DNA of 64,000 nucleotides from Balanoglossus misakiensis (lineage: Eukaryota; Animalia; Hemichordata), in NCBI GenBank assembly GCA_040954595.2, contig CM082580.2, positions 5,012,783-5,076,782 of the forward strand. Reading direction: 5' to 3'. The stretch's first letter is position 1. The number at the start of each line of letters is the position of its first letter. The position numbers and the translations under genes were made by a program. Positions 20,901 through 34,197 of this stretch are shown here, piece by piece. The notes beneath the pieces are model-generated. The model was not told the DNA's origin, did not search any database, and worked only from the letters and a program-made list of their open reading frames with translations.

Positions 20901-21398
20901 GCGTTGGAGGTGTAGTGGTTAACATAGTTGCCTTCCAAGCAATTGTCCCGGGTTCGATTCCCGGCCAACGCAGATTTTTTTTGCAGTAAACATGCGTGTT
21001 GGGCAAGAATTGGCGTGCAGACGACATCTCTCCCAACAGGCGTTGGTGGTGTAGTGGTTAACATAGTTGCCTTCCAAGCAATTGTCCCGGATTCGATTCC
21101 CGGCCAACGCATGTATTTTTTGCAGTAAACATGCGTGTTGGGCAAGAATTGGCGTGCAGACGACATCTCTCCCAACTGGCGTTGGTGGTGTAGTGGTTAA
21201 CATAGTTGCCTTCCAAGCAATTGTCCCGGGTTCGATTCCCGGCCAACGCATGTATATTTTTTGCAGAATACTGGACCAGTATGCGTGTTGGGCAAGTATT
21301 GGCGTGCAGACGACATCTTTCAACTGGCGTTGGTGGTGTAGTGGTTAACATAGTTGCCTTCCAAGCAATTGTCCGGGGTTCGATTCCCGGCCAACGCA
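20901..21398 (+). tRNA. Tandem array of four tRNA-Gly (TCC) genes, ~139-148-bp period
   Basis: Copies 20901-20972, 21040-21111, 21179-21250, 21327-21398: GCGTTGGTGGTGTAGTGGTTAACATAGTTGCCTTCCAAGCAATTGTCCCGGGTTCGATTCCCGGCCAACGCA, each followed by a T-run. Copies 1, 2 and 4 carry single substitutions (U8 position or T-stem). Confidence 0.9.
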
Positions 21399-21913
21399 TG
21401 TATTTTTTTTTTGCAATAAACTCGACCAACATGTGTGTTCAGACGACATCATTCCCAACTGGAAGAAAATGAATCGATGTCCGTCGAACAAAAAGTGCCA
21501 GGAAATGAAGAACATAATGAAAGCAGAATTTCAGGTTTGTATATAGCAGAACTATAACGTTTTATAATTGCTTTATTATCGCCACAATGCCATAGCACTT
21601 CATACAAGGAAATAATAATCTAAGAAAACATGCATGAATAAGTGTCAGAAGCAGTGTTTTGCAACAATGCAGAACTGCCTGAGAAAACAGTCAAAGCGAG
21701 AGTGAAACTGACGTGTTTCCGGGTATGAAAATAAAAGATTCTGGAGGATCTCTGGAGGATGTCTCAAAGGGAGGTAATTAATATGCTTTTTAGGTTTTGC
21801 ACTGACATTACATAACACAGTGATTAACTTTTATGCAATTATTCACTGAATTTTTGATATCACAAAAAGGTCAAAAACAGAGCCGTTGTCCCTTTAAACA
21901 AGCCAAGTCATAA

Positions 21914-23336
21914 TCAGTATATGAAGTAAGCCTTGCCGAGGTAAATGTCGAAGTCATCTTCTTGACTGTAATAAAGATATTGTATGCCGATGTCTTCCAC
22001 CACCGTCTCGCCGACAGGGGGTCGGATCGGGAAAGGATTTCCGCGCGCTACTCGACCGAAACATTCCTGAATAAAGAAAGAAGAACGTCACGAATTAATG
22101 TACCCACGTGTGAGTGTTTTACTCAATGGATAAGAAATAAAATTAACTGTGACGGTACTTTTACAAATTGATGTGAATATTTAACAAATTTTCACTAAAA
22201 ATGAGTTTTATGGAACTTACTAGCGATAACGATTTCATGAAGATTGTCATGGATAATAGCGATAAGTTAGATTGAATGAAGTTGATTTTTTAAGTTTATT
22301 GCCATAATTTGTGCATTTTGAAGTATAAACACGTTAATTTTCAGTTCAGTTCAGTTCAGTTCTGGTCAGTTTTTTGTTGTGTGTATCCAACTGTGATATC
22401 TTATTCTATCTGTAAAACTTTGAATTGTTTAGTATGTGTTTTTCCAACACAAGCCCTTTGTAGTAATTTTCAGTGGTATTCAAGTCAGGACCTGAATAAT
22501 TGTATCAACAATAACAAATGACCGTTAGTCATATTTAGGTTGTGTTCAGAAGCCAAAGGCTGAACATTTTATTGTGGTATCCAATAAAGAACAAGAAATC
22601 GTAGTTGATGGCTACGAGAAAATAACAATAAAAATAGAGTTACTGGAGCGTCAATAATTAACAAAAAAGTATTTTATCGAATCGCAAATTAAATCGAAGA
22701 GAAGAAGTGCCTTACCGGTCCTCCATTGGTTGTGCACGTTACCAGGGTGATACCAAGGCCATAGTAAAACTTCAATTCACATACTGAGCAGTTGGCTATC
22801 ACTGGACTGTCCAATTCGGTCTTTCCCTGCGATGGTACACAGAGATCTTATTTAATTCTACGGAGTTCGTTAACGTGCATTTGTGTCGACGAAGGGGGTA
22901 GTTCAAACTTTTGACTAATTAATACAGTCCCACACTCTGCGAGTAGAAATCATGAAGAAACATACACCAAAAAGAATTGGCTAGACTCCACACATTCCCG
23001 AAGGAGAACACTTACCAAAGGCATGTCGGGGTCGCTGTCCAATGCCTCCTGCACCACACCGAGAGAGAAGAAGGACTGCGTGTTATCTATCAATTCGGAT
23101 GTCACCCGGTATCTAACGGAGACATGGTCTGGTTGAACCGACACCAGTTGCGCTTGCTCGTCCTCGATGCCCGGGGGACAGGGAACATCGTAGGTGCACA
23201 GACAGTTAGCCATGAGGCCACCGCTGAAGACTTTCGTGGGACACTGGAAGCATGTCTTCTCCTTGAACCTGGACTGCGTTGCAGCTACGGTGCTGGCAAG
23301 CACGACCACGGCGATGAACAGACTAAGGCGGCGCAT
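21914..23336 (-). CDS. Uncharacterised secreted Cys-rich protein, paralogue A (194 aa, 3 exons)
   Basis: Exons 23336-23016, 22826-22716, 22066-21914, all phase 0; signal peptide MRRLSLFIAVVVLASTVAA; exon lengths identical to paralogue B. Confidence 0.88.
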
Positions 23337-24313
23337 TTTGGAGAGCTTCAACGGAACGTTTGCATGTGCTGAGAATTTGCCTCTCTGACACCAAAAGAAC
23401 GTCTCCTTGCCCTTTTAAATACATGTGCGTCCTTGTCACCAGATCATAAATCTACTGTTGATATAAATGTAAGCAGTTGTTGTAATTTGTGGTCGTTGCA
23501 TACAGGGTGTGTCACTTAAGAGCTCGTCAATGCCGCCAGGTGGAATTTCGTCAGAAGAGACAATCAATACAAACACCGCCTGGGCATTGCAACGTCTGAC
23601 ATTCACAGCTCCAAATGAAACTTACGGAAAAACAAATTGCAATGATTATGCGATATTCTCACTGAATCTGAATCTGAATCTGAACTTTATTCCACCGGGA
23701 AATTGATATTAAATTTGTGCAGAAGAATGTCACGGTCAGTTGTCTCAAATGCTTTTTTTCAGATCGATTAACTTTCCCCGCGTTAAATAAACCACCTGTC
23801 AAGATTGTCTAAACTATTTAATACATGTTATGAGAATACTAAATTATGTCCTCAAAGAGTTTGCCCAAGAAATAAAACAGCTAAATGTAATCCCAATCTG
23901 GCCGTAAATTAGGATGTAACACTAAAAGGCCCTGTCCACATTGGCTAAACTATACAATCCATTTTATCATAACTCTAAATTAAGTCATCGGGATGTTTGT
24001 CCATTACATAAAACAGCTCAACGTAATCCCAAAGCGGCCGTAAATTACGACGAAAATTGCTTTGTCCATTTTGTGGGACACTTGTAAGGGCATCTTGTAT
24101 CGGTAGCCTTTTCGTGTCGCTATGCAACAAGTGGGTTTACTAAAAATGAAAAACACGTACAACGAGGTATGATTATAGTAAGTAGAAAAACAATTAACGG
24201 TATGTATGAGATGAATGCCGATTATATTTCCGAAGAAAAAAGTATGTAGGACTTGTAAACAATGTACACTGGTTTGAAACAGATAGGTCTTGCAGCAATC
24301 CTCCAAGTATATA

Positions 24314-24591
24314 GGGAACACTCGGAAGAGCAAGGCCGCTCCTGACGAGGAACGGTCAGGCGAAGGTTAGCATTGGGGTTAGAATAGGGTTAGGACTGTA
24401 TTTAAAATGACCGCTGTGATTGAGGTTTGTGAATAAAGTCAAGTTTCGGTATAACCTAGGCTAACGCTAACCCTAATGCTAACCATTGCCACCAGAGAAT
24501 GATAGAGTCTAAGACCTCTCGCCTGGCAGTAAATACCGTCATGCATATGAGCGTTCTGTGCCAGGAGCCGTTCCCAGATGAGAGCGTTCCC
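24314..24591. mobile_element. Degenerate foldback/MITE with internal TTAGGG-like inverted motifs
   Basis: Ends GGGAACACTC / GAGCGTTCCC; internal ggttagcattggggttag vs ctaaccctaatgctaacc. Confidence 0.45.
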
Positions 24592-25152
24592 TGCCTGGGG
24601 GTAGGCTGCTAGACCCTGCTCGTTTGAAAACTGCTTCGTCCAGAAGAAAGTAATCGGTAAATTTTCAATTTGTCAGCTGGACATCGCTAAGTCAGTCAGT
24701 ATGCGGGTGATTTCCGAAGGTATCTTAGACGTATACACGCGCCAGTTATATACCGAATTCCTGAAGCAGATGCAGCATGCCCTTCTAGTTTGCTGGGGGC
24801 GGGGGGGGGGGGGGGGTTGACAAATAGAAATTGGGAGGTCGCGTTGTTCTTTGACATTCTCAGGTCAGGGACGACGAAGCCTTTCAACCCAATTTATTTG
24901 GTCAGATTTAGTGTTTGTTTAGTTTTACGGCGTGAAGTGGATGTTATCTTTGGAAACAACACTGTTAACCCTACTGTTCTTCTTTTTTATGGGAATACTA
25001 AATTATGTAGTCAAAGTGTCCAGTCCAGGTTTTAGATACAGCCATAATAGAAGGCCGTAATCCTAAATTACACTGTAAATATGCTTTGTCCATTACTAGT
25101 ATGTGGGACACGTTCAGTGTGGGCATCGCCTTGGGTCCCTTGATATCGTCGA

Positions 25153-25252
25153 CTCTCTCTTTCTCCCTCTCCCTCTCCCTCCCCCTCGCTCTCTCTTTCT
25201 TTCTCTCTCTCTCTCTCTCTCTCCCTCCCCTCTCCCTCCCCTTTCTCTTTCT

Positions 25253-25286
<34 letters not shown>

Positions 25287-25309
25287 ATCCCTCTCCCTCT
25301 TCTCTCTCT
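25153..25309. repeat. Polypyrimidine (CT/CCT) tract
   Basis: Almost pure C/T run of ~155 bp. Confidence 0.95.
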
Positions 25310-25765
25310 TTAAAAGCTAATTTGCAATTAGTTTATCACCGTCACATTAGGCAAAATTCTAAAATATCCGCTGGAAATGTAAGATATACTGAATGAATAC
25401 AAATGGTTAAATATGTATAGCAGAATCACTACGTTTTATTGTGCTAATAAAGCCACAATCTCTTAAAATTTATATTTAAATAAATTTTAACATTTCAAGG
25501 AAATGACTATTCTAAGATATAATACAATTAATATTTATCCGTGGCAGAAATCAACATTTTAAAAATGAACTAGGCACGGCCTTGCCTTACACAGTGTTAA
25601 TAAAGAGCTATCGTACAGTTTTCAATTTTGGTTACATCCATTTGCTATTCTAGTTCGAGAATGTATAGGCTTGCAATGAATCAGCACACTAGGCGTATCA
25701 GTAGTTTCGTGAACAGTACTGTCAAATGTACATCCAGTCCATGTCATAAACAACCCAAGTCGTTC

Positions 25766-27567
25766 TTAGTATACGAAGTATGCCCTGCTTAAGTAGATGT
25801 CAATGCCGTCTTCTTTGGTGTAATAAAGATAGTGTATGGCGAATTCTGTCTGCACCGTCTCGTTGCCAGGGGGACGGAACGGGAATGGATTTCCGCGCGC
25901 CAATCGACCGAAACATGCCTGAGTGAAAAAAGAAGACTACAAATTAGTGGACCGATGTGAACGTGTTTGTCTAAATTGGACGAGAAACAAAATGTACTAC
26001 CATGGCGGTACCTGAAAGTATGCAACAGTCAATTATGGCGTAAATGCTGTCAGAAAGCATAGTTGTTATTAATGGTAGTTATAGTTACTCATTCTTCTGT
26101 CTGCGAAGATCAAATCTACAATGTCCAATGTTTACAGTAAATCACTGTTTTGGTGTAGCTCATGAATACATGGTCGTTAGACCTTATTATGGAACAGACG
26201 ACTATTTGTCTCAATGCCACGCGTAATATCTCCAAGGATACACAGTCATATTATTTCATCATCCAGCAAAATTAAAAGGAACTGCACGTAAGAAGTAATG
26301 GTTTCCTCTTCAGCTGCAGTAACTCCAACTTTGGGCTATTGTCACACTTAAATAAGAGAATTCTATGGAATCGAAAATCGAAGAACGAGACTTGTGAACC
26401 ATAGAGATTTATTCAAGATTTGGAACCTACCGGTCCTCCGTTCGTTGTGCACTTTACCAGGGTGATACCAAGGCCATAGTAAAACTCAAAATCACACACC
26501 GTGCAGTTGGCTATGACTGGATCGCCCAATTCGCTCCTTCCCTACGGTGGTAGACAAAGATCTTATTTAATTGGATGGGTCGTTTAAAGCCCCACGAGCC
26601 GCCAAATTTCACATATTTTTCCAACGATAAAATACATTAAATCTTCTCCGTATCCTTTAAAATCAACACCATTAAAGGTATACAGTCACCACCAACTTAC
26701 ATACGCCCATATATGGCTGAAATGACGTATTTGGGCGTTCTAAAGAACATATAATGGTGGCGCTCTTTTTTTCGCGTGTGCCACGCACTGAAAATCATGT
26801 GATTGGCTAGATCTCATTTTGCCATGGTAACTATAGCTAATTTTCAATGGGTGACCGTATACCTTTAAGCCACATTGTATTTGTATCGGTTTGTTACTAT
26901 ATCTGTTTGCGACGCACATCATGATTGGTGTGTACTCTTTGTATGGACGTACTATAGTATATCACTCGTCGAAATTGCAACGTACAGCCAAAATTGGCGG
27001 CCAATATAATAAGATGTTCATGTGTTCATGTACCTATCAGTAAGCTTATTTACATGGACCAATCTAAGTTGGGAAGTCAGAAAAGTGGCAGTTCTTGGGG
27101 CTTTAATGTTGGTCAACTATAGCTTTACTTTTAAATTTCGACGTTAGATTTCTGCATTGTGGACAGTCTTAGAAAAGAAACCACGAAGGAAAATGCACCA
27201 GAAGGAATTGGCAAAACGCCGCACATTCCCGAAGGAGAACACTCACCAAAGGCATGTCGGGGTTGTTGTCCAACGCCTCCTGGATTACACAGTGTGACAG
27301 GAACGACTGCGTGTTATCTATCAATTCGGATGTCACCCGGTATCTAACGGAGACCTGGTCTGGTTGAACCGACACCAGCTGCGCTTGCTCGTCTTCGATG
27401 CCCGGGGGACAGGGAACGTCGTAGGTGCACAGACAGTTAGCCAGCAGGCCACCGCTGAAAACCTTCAGGGGACACTGGGAGCATGTCTTCTCCTTGAACC
27501 TGGATTTTGTGGCAACTACGGTGCTGGCAAGCACGACAACGGCGATGAACAGACTGACAAAGCGCAT
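25766..27567 (-). CDS. Uncharacterised secreted Cys-rich protein, paralogue B (194 aa, 3 exons)
   Basis: Exons 27567-27247, 26541-26431, 25918-25766; same frame and stop position as paralogue A (..DIYLSRAYFVY*). Confidence 0.88.
26588..27102. mobile_element. TTAA-targeting MITE with a second TTAA MITE (26676-26864) nested inside
   Basis: TTAA|AGCCCCACGAGCCGCC...GGCAGTTCTTGGGGCT|TTAA; absent from the equivalent intron of paralogue A (189 vs 705 bp). Confidence 0.8.
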
Positions 27568-28111
27568 TTCGACTGGGCCTGTGCGCTTCAACGGAATGTG
27601 TGTGTGCTGCGTGAGAATTGCCTGTCTGACACAAGAAGTACTAGTACTTCGTTTGCATTAAATGCGTCCAAGTTACCAGGTCATAAATCTCCCGCGTGCG
27701 TGACCAGGGAGCTCGATCTCCAAAAATAAAAATAATGTGTTGTTAAAAAATGATAACGATTTAATATTTTTTTTAAAATAAAACATATTGGGAGTTCGTA
27801 AATTTGTTGTTGTTGTTGTTGTCGTCATTAATGTTGTTGTTGCTAGTGTAGTATGTTGTTAGGGTTGGGGTTCGGGTCGATGGTGCATGGTTAGGGGTTA
27901 GCGTAGAACATTTCAATGAGACATACCATTACCATAGGGAAGAAGCACTTTTGAAGGGAGCATTGGTCGTGTAAGTCTAGCGCCCCCACATTCGGTACCA
28001 GCGGGAAAACACCATGTAGGTGATTGGTCAACTTTTCCCCAACTTTCATTTAACGCCGTTCGTCTTATGGTAATGTTTCGACAAATTTCAGCAGTGTGTC
28101 CCTATATAAAA

Positions 28112-31100
28112 GAAATTGTCATCCTTTTTTCCATATAACCCATGTTTTTTTTTCAAAAAATGAAGAAATTTTGAACTTTCGCAAGTCGAAAAATTGTCAT
28201 TTTTAGATGATTTTCATGAGCTATAACCCATGATTTTTTTTCAAAAAATGAAGAAAATTTGAACTTTCGCAAAGTCGAAAAATTGTCATTTTTGGATGAT
28301 TTTCATGAGTTATAACTCATGATTTTTTTCAAAAAATGAAGAAATTTTGAACATTCGCAAAGTCGAAAAATTGTCATTTTTGGATGATTTTCATGAGCTA
28401 TAACTCATGATTTTTTTCAAAAATGAAGAAATTTTGAACATTCGCACAATCGAAAAATTGTCATTTTTGGATGATTTTCATGAGCTATAACCCATAATTT
28501 TTTTCAAAAAATAAAGAAATTTTGAACATTCGTAAAATCGAAAAATTTTCATTTTTAGATGATATTCATGAGCTATAACCCATGATTTTTTTCAAAAAAT
28601 GAAGAAATTTTGAACATTTGCAAAATTGAAAAATTTTCATTTTTGGATGATTTTCATGAGCTATAACCCATGATTTTTTTCAAAAAATGAAGAAATTTTT
28701 GAACTTTCGCAAAGTCGAAAAATTGTCATTTGTGGATGATTTTCATGAGCTATAACTCATGATTTTTTTCAAAAAATGAAGGAATTTTGAACATTCGTAA
28801 AATCGAAAAATTTTCATTTTTGGATGATTTTCATGAGCTATAACCCATGATTTTTTTCAAAAAATGAAGAAAATTTGAACTTTCGCAAAGTCGAAAAATT
28901 GTCATTTTTGGATGATTTTCATGAACTATAACCAATGATTTTTTACGAAAAATGAAGAAATTTTGAAATTTAGCAAAGTCGAAAAATTGTCATTTTTGGA
29001 TGATTTTCATGAGCTATAACCCATGATTTTTTTCGAAAAATGAAGAAATTTTGAAATTTAGCAAAGTCGAAAAATTGTCATTTTTGAATGATTTTCATGA
29101 GCTATAACCCATGATTTTTTTCAAAAAATGAAGGAATTTTGAACATTCGTAAAATCCAAAAATTTTCATTTTTGGATGATTTTCATGAGCTATAACCCAT
29201 GATTTTTTTCAAAAAATGAAGAAATTTTGAACTTTAGCAAAGTCGAAATATTGTCATTTTTGGATGATTTTCATGAACTATAACCAATGATTTTTTACGA
29301 AAAATGAAGAAATTTTGAAATTTAGCAAAGTCGAAAAATTGTCATTTTTGGATGATTTTCATGAGCTATAACCCATTATTTTTTTCGAAAAATGAAGAAA
29401 TTTTGAAATTTAGCAAAGTCGAAAAATTGTCATTTTTGAATGATTTTCATGAGCTATAACCCATGATTTTTTTCAAAAAATGAAGGAATTTTGAACATTC
29501 GTAAAATCGAAAATTTTTCATTTTTGGATGATTTTCATGAGCTATAACCCATGATTTTTTTCAAAAAATTAAGAAATTTTGAACTTTAGCAAAGTCGAAA
29601 AATTATCATTTTTGGATGATTTTCATGAACTATAACCAATGATTTTTTACGAAAAATGAAGAAATTTTGAAATTTAGCAAAGTCGAAAAATTGTCATTTT
29701 TGGATGATTTTCATGAGCTATAACCCATGATTTTTTTCGAAAAATGAAGAAATTTTGAAATTTAGCAAAGTCGAAAAATTTTCATTTTTGAATGATATTC
29801 ATGTGCTATAACCCATGATTTTTTACGAAAAATGAAGAAATTTTGAAATTTAGCAAAGTCGAAAAATTGTCATTTTTGGATGATTTTCATGAGCTATAAC
29901 CCATGATTTTTTTCAAAAAATGAAGAAATTTTGAACTTTAGCAAAGTCGAAAAATTGTCATTTTTGGATGATTTTCATGAACTATAACCAATGATTTTTT
30001 ACGAAAAATGAAGAAATTTTGAACTTTAGCAAAGTCGAAAAATTGTCATTTTTGGATGATTTTCATGAACTATAACCAATGATTTTTTACGAAAAATGAA
30101 CAAATTTTGAAATTTAGCAAAGTCGAAAAATTGTCATTTTTGGATGATTTTCATGAGCTATAACCCATGATTTTTTTCGAAAAGTGAAGAAATTTTGAAA
30201 TTTAGCAAAGTCGAAAAATTGTCATTTTTGGATGATTTTCATGAGCTATAACCCATGATTTTTTTCGAAAAGTGAAGAAATTTTGAAATTTAGCAAAGTC
30301 GAAAAATTGTAAATTTTGAATGATTTTCATGAGCTATAACCCATGATTTTTTTCAAAAATTGAAGGAATTTTGAACTTTCGCAAAAACGAAAAATTGTCA
30401 TTTTGGGATGATTTTCATGAGCTATAACCCATGATTTTTTTCAAAAAATGAAGAAATTTTGAACATTTGCAAAAACGAAAAATTGTCATTTTTGGATGAT
30501 TTTCATGAGCTATAACCCATGATTTTTTTCAAAAAATGAAGAAATTTTGAACTTTCGCAAAGTCGAAAAATTGTCATTTTTGGATGATTTTCATGAGCTA
30601 TAACTCATGATTTTTTTCAAAAAATGAAGGAATTTTGAACATTCGTAAAATCGAAAAATTTTCATTTTTGGATGATTTTCATGAGCTATAACCCATGATT
30701 TTTTTCAAAAAATGAAGAAATTTTGAACTTTAGCAAAGTCGAAAAATTGTCATTTTTGGATGATTTTCATGAACTATAACCAATGATTTTTTACGAAAAA
30801 TGAAGAAATTTTGAAATTTAGCAAAAACGAAAAATTGTCATTTTTGGATGATTTTCATGAGCTATAACCCATGATTTTTTTCAAAAAATGAAGAAATTTT
30901 GAACATTCGCAAAATCGAAAAATTTTCATTTTTGGATGATTTTCATGAGCTATAACCCATGATTTTTTTCGAAAAATGAAGAAATTTTGAAATTTAGCAA
31001 AGTCGAAAAATTGTCATTTTTGAATGATTTTCATGAGCTATAACCCATGATTTTTTTCAAAAAATGAAGAAATTTTGAACATTCGCACAATCGAAAAATT

Positions 31101-33685
31101 GTCATTTTTGGATGATTTTCATGAGCTATAACCCATTATTTTTTTCGAAAAATGAAGAAATTTTGAAATTTAGCAAAGTCGAAAAATTGTCATTTTTGAA
31201 TGATTTTCATGAGCTATAACCCATGATTTTTTTCAAAAAATGAAGGAATTTTGAACATTCGTAAAATCGAAAATTTTTCATTTTTGGATGATTTTCATGA
31301 GCTATAACCCATGATTTTTTTCAAAAAATTAAGATATTTTGAACTTTAGCAAAGTCGAAAAATTATCATTTTTGGATGATTTTCATGAACTATAACCAAT
31401 GATTTTTTACGAAAAATGAAGAAATTTTGAAATTTAGCAAAGTCGAAAAATTGTCATTTTTGGATGATTTTCATGAGCTATAACCCATGATTTTTTTCGA
31501 AAAATGAAGAAATTTTGAAATTTAGCAAAGTCGAAAAATTGTCATTTTTGAATGATATTCATGTGCTATAACCCATGATTTTTTACGAAAAATGAAGAAA
31601 TTTTGAAATTTAGCAAAGTCGAAAAATTGTCATTTTTGGATGATTTTCATGAGCTATAACCCATGATTTTTTTCAAAAAATGAAGAAATTTTGAACTTTA
31701 GCAAAGTCGAAAAATTGTCATTTTTGGATGATTTTCATGAACTATAACCAATGATTTTTTACGAAAAATGAAGAAATTTTGAACTTTAGCAAAGTCGAAA
31801 AATTGTCATTTTTGGATGATTTTCATGAACTATAACCAATGATTTTTTACGAAAAATGAACAAATTTTGAAATTTAGCAAAGTCGAAAAATTGTCATTTT
31901 TGGATGATTTTCATGAGCTATAACCCATGATTTTTTTCGAAAAGTGAAGAAATTTTGAAATTTAGCAAAGTCGAAAAATTGTAAATTTTGAATGATTTTC
32001 ATGAGCTATAACCCATGATTTTTTTCAAAAATTGAAGGAATTTTGAACTTTCGCAAAAACGAAAAATTGTCATTTTGGGATGATTTTCATGAGCTATAAC
32101 CCATGATTTTTTTCAAAAAATGAAGAAATTTTGAACATTTGCAAAAACGAAAAATTGTCATTTTTGGATGATTTTCATGAGCTATAACCCATGATTTTTT
32201 TCAAAAAATGAAGAAATTTTGAACTTTCGCAAAGTCGAAAAATTGTCATTTTTGGATGATTTTCATGAGCTATAACCCATGATTTTTTTCAAAAAATGAA
32301 GAAATTTTGAACTTTAGCAAAGTCGAAAAATTGTCATTTTTGGATGATTTTCATGAACTATAACCAATGATTTTTTACGAAAAATGAAGAAATTTTGAAA
32401 TTTAGCAAAAACGAAAAATTGTCATTTTTGGATGATTTTCATGAGCTATAACCCATGATTTTTTTTCAAAAAATGAAGAAATTTTGAACATTCGCAAAAT
32501 CGAAAAATTTTCATTTTTGGATGATTTTCATGAGCTATAACCCATGATTTTTTTCGAAAAATGAAGAAATTTTGAAATTTAGCAAAGTCGAAAAATTGTC
32601 ATTTTTGAATGATTTTCATGAGCTATAACCCATGATTTTTTTCAAAAAATGAAGAAATTTTGAACATTCGCACAATCGAAAAATTGTCATTTTTGGATGA
32701 TTTCATGAGCTATAACCCATGATTTTTTTCGAAAAATGAAGAAATTTTGAAATTTAGCAAAGTCGAAAAATTGTCATTTTTGGATGATTTTCATGAGCTA
32801 TAACCCATGATTTTTTTCAAAAAATGAAGAAATTTTGAACATTCGCACAATCGAAAAATTGTCATTTTTGGATGATTTTCATGAGCTATAACCCATAATT
32901 TTTTTCAAAAAATAAAGAAATTTTGAACATTCGTAAAATCGAAAAATTTTCATTTTTGGATGATTTTCATGAGCTATAACCCATGATTTTTTTCACAAAA
33001 TGAAGAAATTTTGAAATTTAGCAAAGTCGAAAAATTGTCATTCTTGGATGATTTTCATGAGTTATAACCCATGATTTTTTTCGAAAAATGAAGAAATTTT
33101 GAACATTCGCAAAATCGAAAAATTTTCATTTTTGGATGATTTTCATGAGCTATAACCCATGATTTTTTTCGAAAAATGAAGATGTTAATTTTGAAATTTA
33201 GCAAAGTCGAAAAATTGTCATTTTTGGATGATTTTCATGAGCTATAACTCATGATTTTTTTCAAAAAATGAAGAAATTTTGAACATTCGCACAATCGAAA
33301 AATTGTCATTTTTGGATGATTTTCATGAGCTATAACCCATAATTTTTTTCAAAAAATAAAGAAATTTTGAAAATTCGTAAAATCGAAAAATTTTCATTTT
33401 TGGATGAATTTCATGAGCTATAACCCATGATTTTTTTCAAAAAATGAAGAAAATTTGAACTTTCGCAAAGTCGAAAAATTGTCATTTTTGGATGATTTTC
33501 ATGTGCTATAACCTATGATTTTTTTCAAAAAATGAAGAAATTTAGAACATGCGTAAAATCGAAAAATTGTCATTTTTGGTTGATTTTCATGAGCTATAAC
33601 CCATGATTTTTTTCAAAAAATGAAGAAATTTTGAACATTCGCAAAAACGAAAAATTGTCATTTTTGGATGATTTTCATGAGCTAT
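28112..33685. repeat. AT-rich 88-bp tandem satellite, ~63 copies
   Basis: Unit GAGCTATAACCCATGATTTTTTTCAAAAAATGAAGAAATTTTGAACATTCGCAAAATCGAAAAATTGTCATTTTTGGATGATTTTCAT; period measured from 33591 to 33679. Confidence 0.98.
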
Positions 33686-34030
33686 GGTCAACATTTATGA
33701 CATACGATATTATGATATGACGATATTTGAAAACTATTTACCAAATTTCTCTTTCTCTTTTCAATTTGTAAACAGTTTCAGCAGGTCTAGCACGTCTCAG
33801 CATGTATTTTTAATGTTCGAGTCTGCAACCATCATGCATCGCTTTTGTCCCGAGTCGGCCATCTTTGCCCGGAGATTTGTCTATGGGGTTTCCCCAGACC
33901 CTCTTTCTGGAGTGCGCAACGGAAGAAGCAGGGGGGTCTGGGTACCCGAGACTAATGTTTACATGTCCCGAACTAAAGCCAGTTGCGTTATAGGTGAATT
34001 TCCCCACAATGCCGTGTGACGGCGAAACAA

Positions 34031-34173
34031 GCTATAACAGTCCGTCGGGCCACGGCCCTCGCACCACGAAACGCCGAATCGAGCCTTCGGCCCTCAAAAG
34101 ATACGGGCCTTACGGCCCTCGCACGAAACGCCGAATTGATACACATTAGGCGCGAGGGACTTTCGACAGTCTA
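34031..34173. mobile_element. GC-hairpin-rich short repeat element (inverted copy at 42102-42189)
   Basis: GCTATAACAGTCC...GATACACATTAGGCGCGAGGGACTTTCGACAGTCTA, with an internal duplication of ggccctcgcacgaaacgccgaat. Confidence 0.7.
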
Positions 34174-34197
34174 ATTTTGCCATGTGTCCCAATCTAA

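Noticed and set aside
20850-21470. CRISPR-like regularly spaced repeats
   Set aside because: Spacers are near-identical rather than unique, the repeat is a full tRNA-Gly, there are no cas genes and the DNA is eukaryotic.
20783-21472. Overlapping ORFs with repeated peptides (MRWPGIEPGTIAWKAT...), also at 41574-42220
   Set aside because: Translations of tRNA tandem units, not proteins.
27858-27902. Interstitial telomere
   Set aside because: Only a few degenerate TTAGGG-like units, as also seen inside the 24.3-kb MITE-like element.
28112-33685. Satellite as a CRISPR array or coding repeat
   Set aside because: Homogeneous head-to-tail monomers without unique spacers; no ORF reported by the track.
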